A stretch of DNA of 64,000 nt. It comes from Trichoplax adhaerens. Taxonomy: Eukaryota > Animalia > Placozoa. The stretch lies in contig NW_002060947.1 of the NCBI RefSeq assembly GCF_000150275.1, positions 2,655,740-2,719,739 of the forward strand, written 5' to 3'. Under the pieces are notes generated by a model. That model saw only the letters and a list, made by a program, of their open reading frames with translations, was not told the origin of the DNA and ran no database searches. A program made the position numbers and the translations under genes. This document shows positions 61,435-64,000 of the stretch, in pieces. Each line of letters begins with the position of its first letter. Position 1 is the first letter of the stretch.

Positions 61435-62224
61435 CTGTTTGTTATAATCGCAAAGATTTCTGAGTTGGATATGTAAAAACTGAGAGCTTAAACGACTAGC
61501 ACCAAGTTTCCATCATTTGTGAAGTATAGGTATATAAATTTCTTACATATAAAATACTGAATATTAGCAATCGTTATTACAAATTATTCTTGTAGTAAGC
61601 GACAATCTCAAGTATCGTATTGCCTCCGTGTATAATAATTCGATAACTAAAATTATCCTCCCTACTGTTACACATGTATTCTTCAAATTGTGATTTGTAT
61701 TATAATTATTACAGGAAGGTATCTTACGATAGATGATATACAGTATTTTTCAAGAATTGTATATTTATAGAAATAGAATGTAATTCAATAAAACATCAGC
61801 TGAATAATCTATTCGTTTTGTAAATCAATGTACTTCAAATATTAGTAATGAACGAAGACAATACCAGATTAAATTGTATATTCTCTTTTTAGAAATTTAC
61901 AGTAGGTAAAATAGTACGAAAAATGATAATTCTATGAGTAACACTCAAGTAGCCGTGATTGATTTCTCACGGATACTAAGTAATCTACAAAGGAGTTCTG
62001 CATTATACCATGAGTATCAAGACTTATTATAGAGAATAATGCTAGCAATTTAAAGTTGGGCACTAGAGGAACATTACATTTAGCTCGTCAATATCTAATC
62101 CAATTATGAAAGATTAAGCTATTTGCCAATAAATCTAGCAATATGCCAGACTGAGATTATTCGATAATAACGTAGCGAGTTCAATAGCGTCAACCCGGAT
62201 AAAAGGGCATGAATTTTTCTATAG

Positions 62225-63732
62225 TTATTGATCTATAGATAGCATTTGGCGATCATCGAAAGCTTTTCTTGCCTTCTTGAGCTCCTCATTTAAGGTCAAT
62301 AAATCCTGAATGTGGAGGAAATACGACAAAGTAATTTATTTAATTTAGGGCATGTATTTAAAGCTGTTGTTTACAAATTTTAAGTATAGCATAATTGGGG
62401 GAATACACAAATATGTTAACATATATTGTATTTTACAAATTTAAGTTACCTTAACTCGAGCATATTTTTTCGGATCATTACGAATAACGTATATAATGTC
62501 TTCGACGTGAATCTTTCCTTTCTTTCCAACGTTTAAGGCCTTCAATGTCTATTTTAAAATATTTAATATGATCTAAATAGCGAATCAATATAAGCGTAAT
62601 CATTCATTATATTAGACACTAGGGGAGACACTAATTCTACAGTATCTCCATACGTAGAGATAAATATCATGTGCTTTCAAACCGTGTCCGATATGAATTC
62701 TATCACCATCTCTTCCAACATATCCACTGATTCCGTATACGCAGTAGCTTCATCCCCAAAGCCATACATCATGCACCTAACTTTAGATATTATACATACA
62801 ATTATAAATTGCATTCTCTTTGACTCTGTAAGTACTTAACAAGTAAAGGATTCCAAAGTATTTACAGTAAGTTCTTAAAGGGCTTTAAATGCTATTGCCT
62901 TGTTAGCGTTTGATTAGCCAAGCAATAAAAGTATATAGTAAAATCAGCTTGAGCAGACAAGTAATTCGAGAGAAGTAAACATTATACAGTGTAGATTTTA
63001 ATTCGATTTCTCTTTAACATGAATTACTAAGTCTTTTTCTGATGTTTTGTACAGACTAGATTTCATAGTGAATGTATTAGCTAATTCTTGTAGACATACT
63101 TCACCGCTCTTTACTTACGTTCTTTATTAAACAGTCTTTTCCGTTTACTTCCACTTTCTGTAGATTCTAAATGCTGTAATGAATATCATATTAAATAAAG
63201 AATAGCTATTTGCCGTTGCGATGGCATGTTTTAAGCGATTTTTCTTATCTAAATCAAAAAGGTCGTATTTACAACGCCAAGCAATAAACGCTACCGACAT
63301 GCTGCCAGAAAATCTTAATACCAAACAACTGCATAATACTATTCAATAAGTATCGTTTCATACTACTCAATTTTCATTTCGCAAGCTTAGACATTTAATG
63401 TGTTACTAGAGACTACCAACTGTATCCTTCAAAGATAATTATAACCCATTGATTAGAATCTAGATTTAACGAATTTTGACGAAGACGAATGCAGCAGTTT
63501 CAGAGAAGTGTAGAGAAAATTGTGCTGAACGCTAGAGAGTGAAGTCATCGAACTTTCTATGTTTACATTTTACCGTATCAGATTTCGATGCTTTCTTGCC
63601 CTAAAGGGAAGAAATTACCGTTAAATTCTTCCATTTTGAGTGTATATATATATATATATATATCAGGAACAATAAAGCAAATTTATCACATTAGATCATA
63701 ACCTGATCATCTGCGTCATCCGTGAGATCCAT
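62225..63732 (-). CDS. TAF13: TFIID subunit 13 (the short N-terminal exons are tentative)
   Basis: KRKRLFNKE|LRCMMYGFGDE...YTESVDMLEEMVIEFI; G.I.VEDIIYVIRNDPKKYARVK|DLLTLNEELKKARKAFD. Confidence 0.92.
63643..63663. repeat. (TA)n microsatellite in TAF13 intron 1
   Basis: Uninterrupted tatata run. Confidence 0.9.
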
Positions 63733-63774
63733 CTCCGATTTTTTGATTTCTTTATGTTTTTCGAGCGTTATTAT

Positions 63775-64000
63775 CTACTGTACTAGTAATATGTCAATAG
63801 CCCGCGACTGGGTCACTTGTTACTGTACTGTACCATCGTAAACGATTGCTGGAGCAAAATGTGCAGTACTGTACAATACAGTACTTGTCATAGAAGAACA
63901 CGGTACTGTACGGTACAGTGTACAGTACAGTATAGTACAGTACTGTACAGTACAGTACAGACTGCACTGTACAGTTACAGTACTACACATTGTCTGCACT
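63775..64000. repeat. TACAG/CTGTA array at the TAF13 promoter
   Basis: tacagtactgtacagtacagtacagactgcactgtacag immediately upstream of the ATG. Confidence 0.9.

Overview
AT-rich, intron-rich, compact animal genomic DNA. A non-bilaterian such as a placozoan (Trichoplax-like) is my inference from gene content, short introns and density; this is not verified. I spliced 12 protein-coding genes by hand: parkin 5' part (-), an orphan mucin-like type I membrane protein (+), an ERM protein (-), RSPH3 (+), CHORDC1 (-), ALG5 (+), a BMP-type Smad1/5/9 (-), RanGAP1 (-), TIPRL (+), a Dlish/Vamana triple-SH3 adaptor (-), a C6orf118-like gene (+) and TAF13 (-). Most genes sit in head-to-head pairs. The most striking unexplained structure is a degenerate TACAG/CTGTA pentamer array, forming palindromes such as TACAGTACTGTA. 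It clusters at essentially every promoter or 5' region, and dense arrays are missing from exons and tail-to-tail gaps. Extra arrays in the gene-free 35.9-41.6 kb stretch point to an unannotated transcript or distal elements. Other points of note are vertebrate-like microsynteny (ERM-RSPH3, ALG5-Smad), RFX X-boxes at two putative ciliary genes, a duplicated structured element in ALG5 intron 1, and a family of tiny inverted-repeat elements. All exon boundaries are manual predictions without transcript data.
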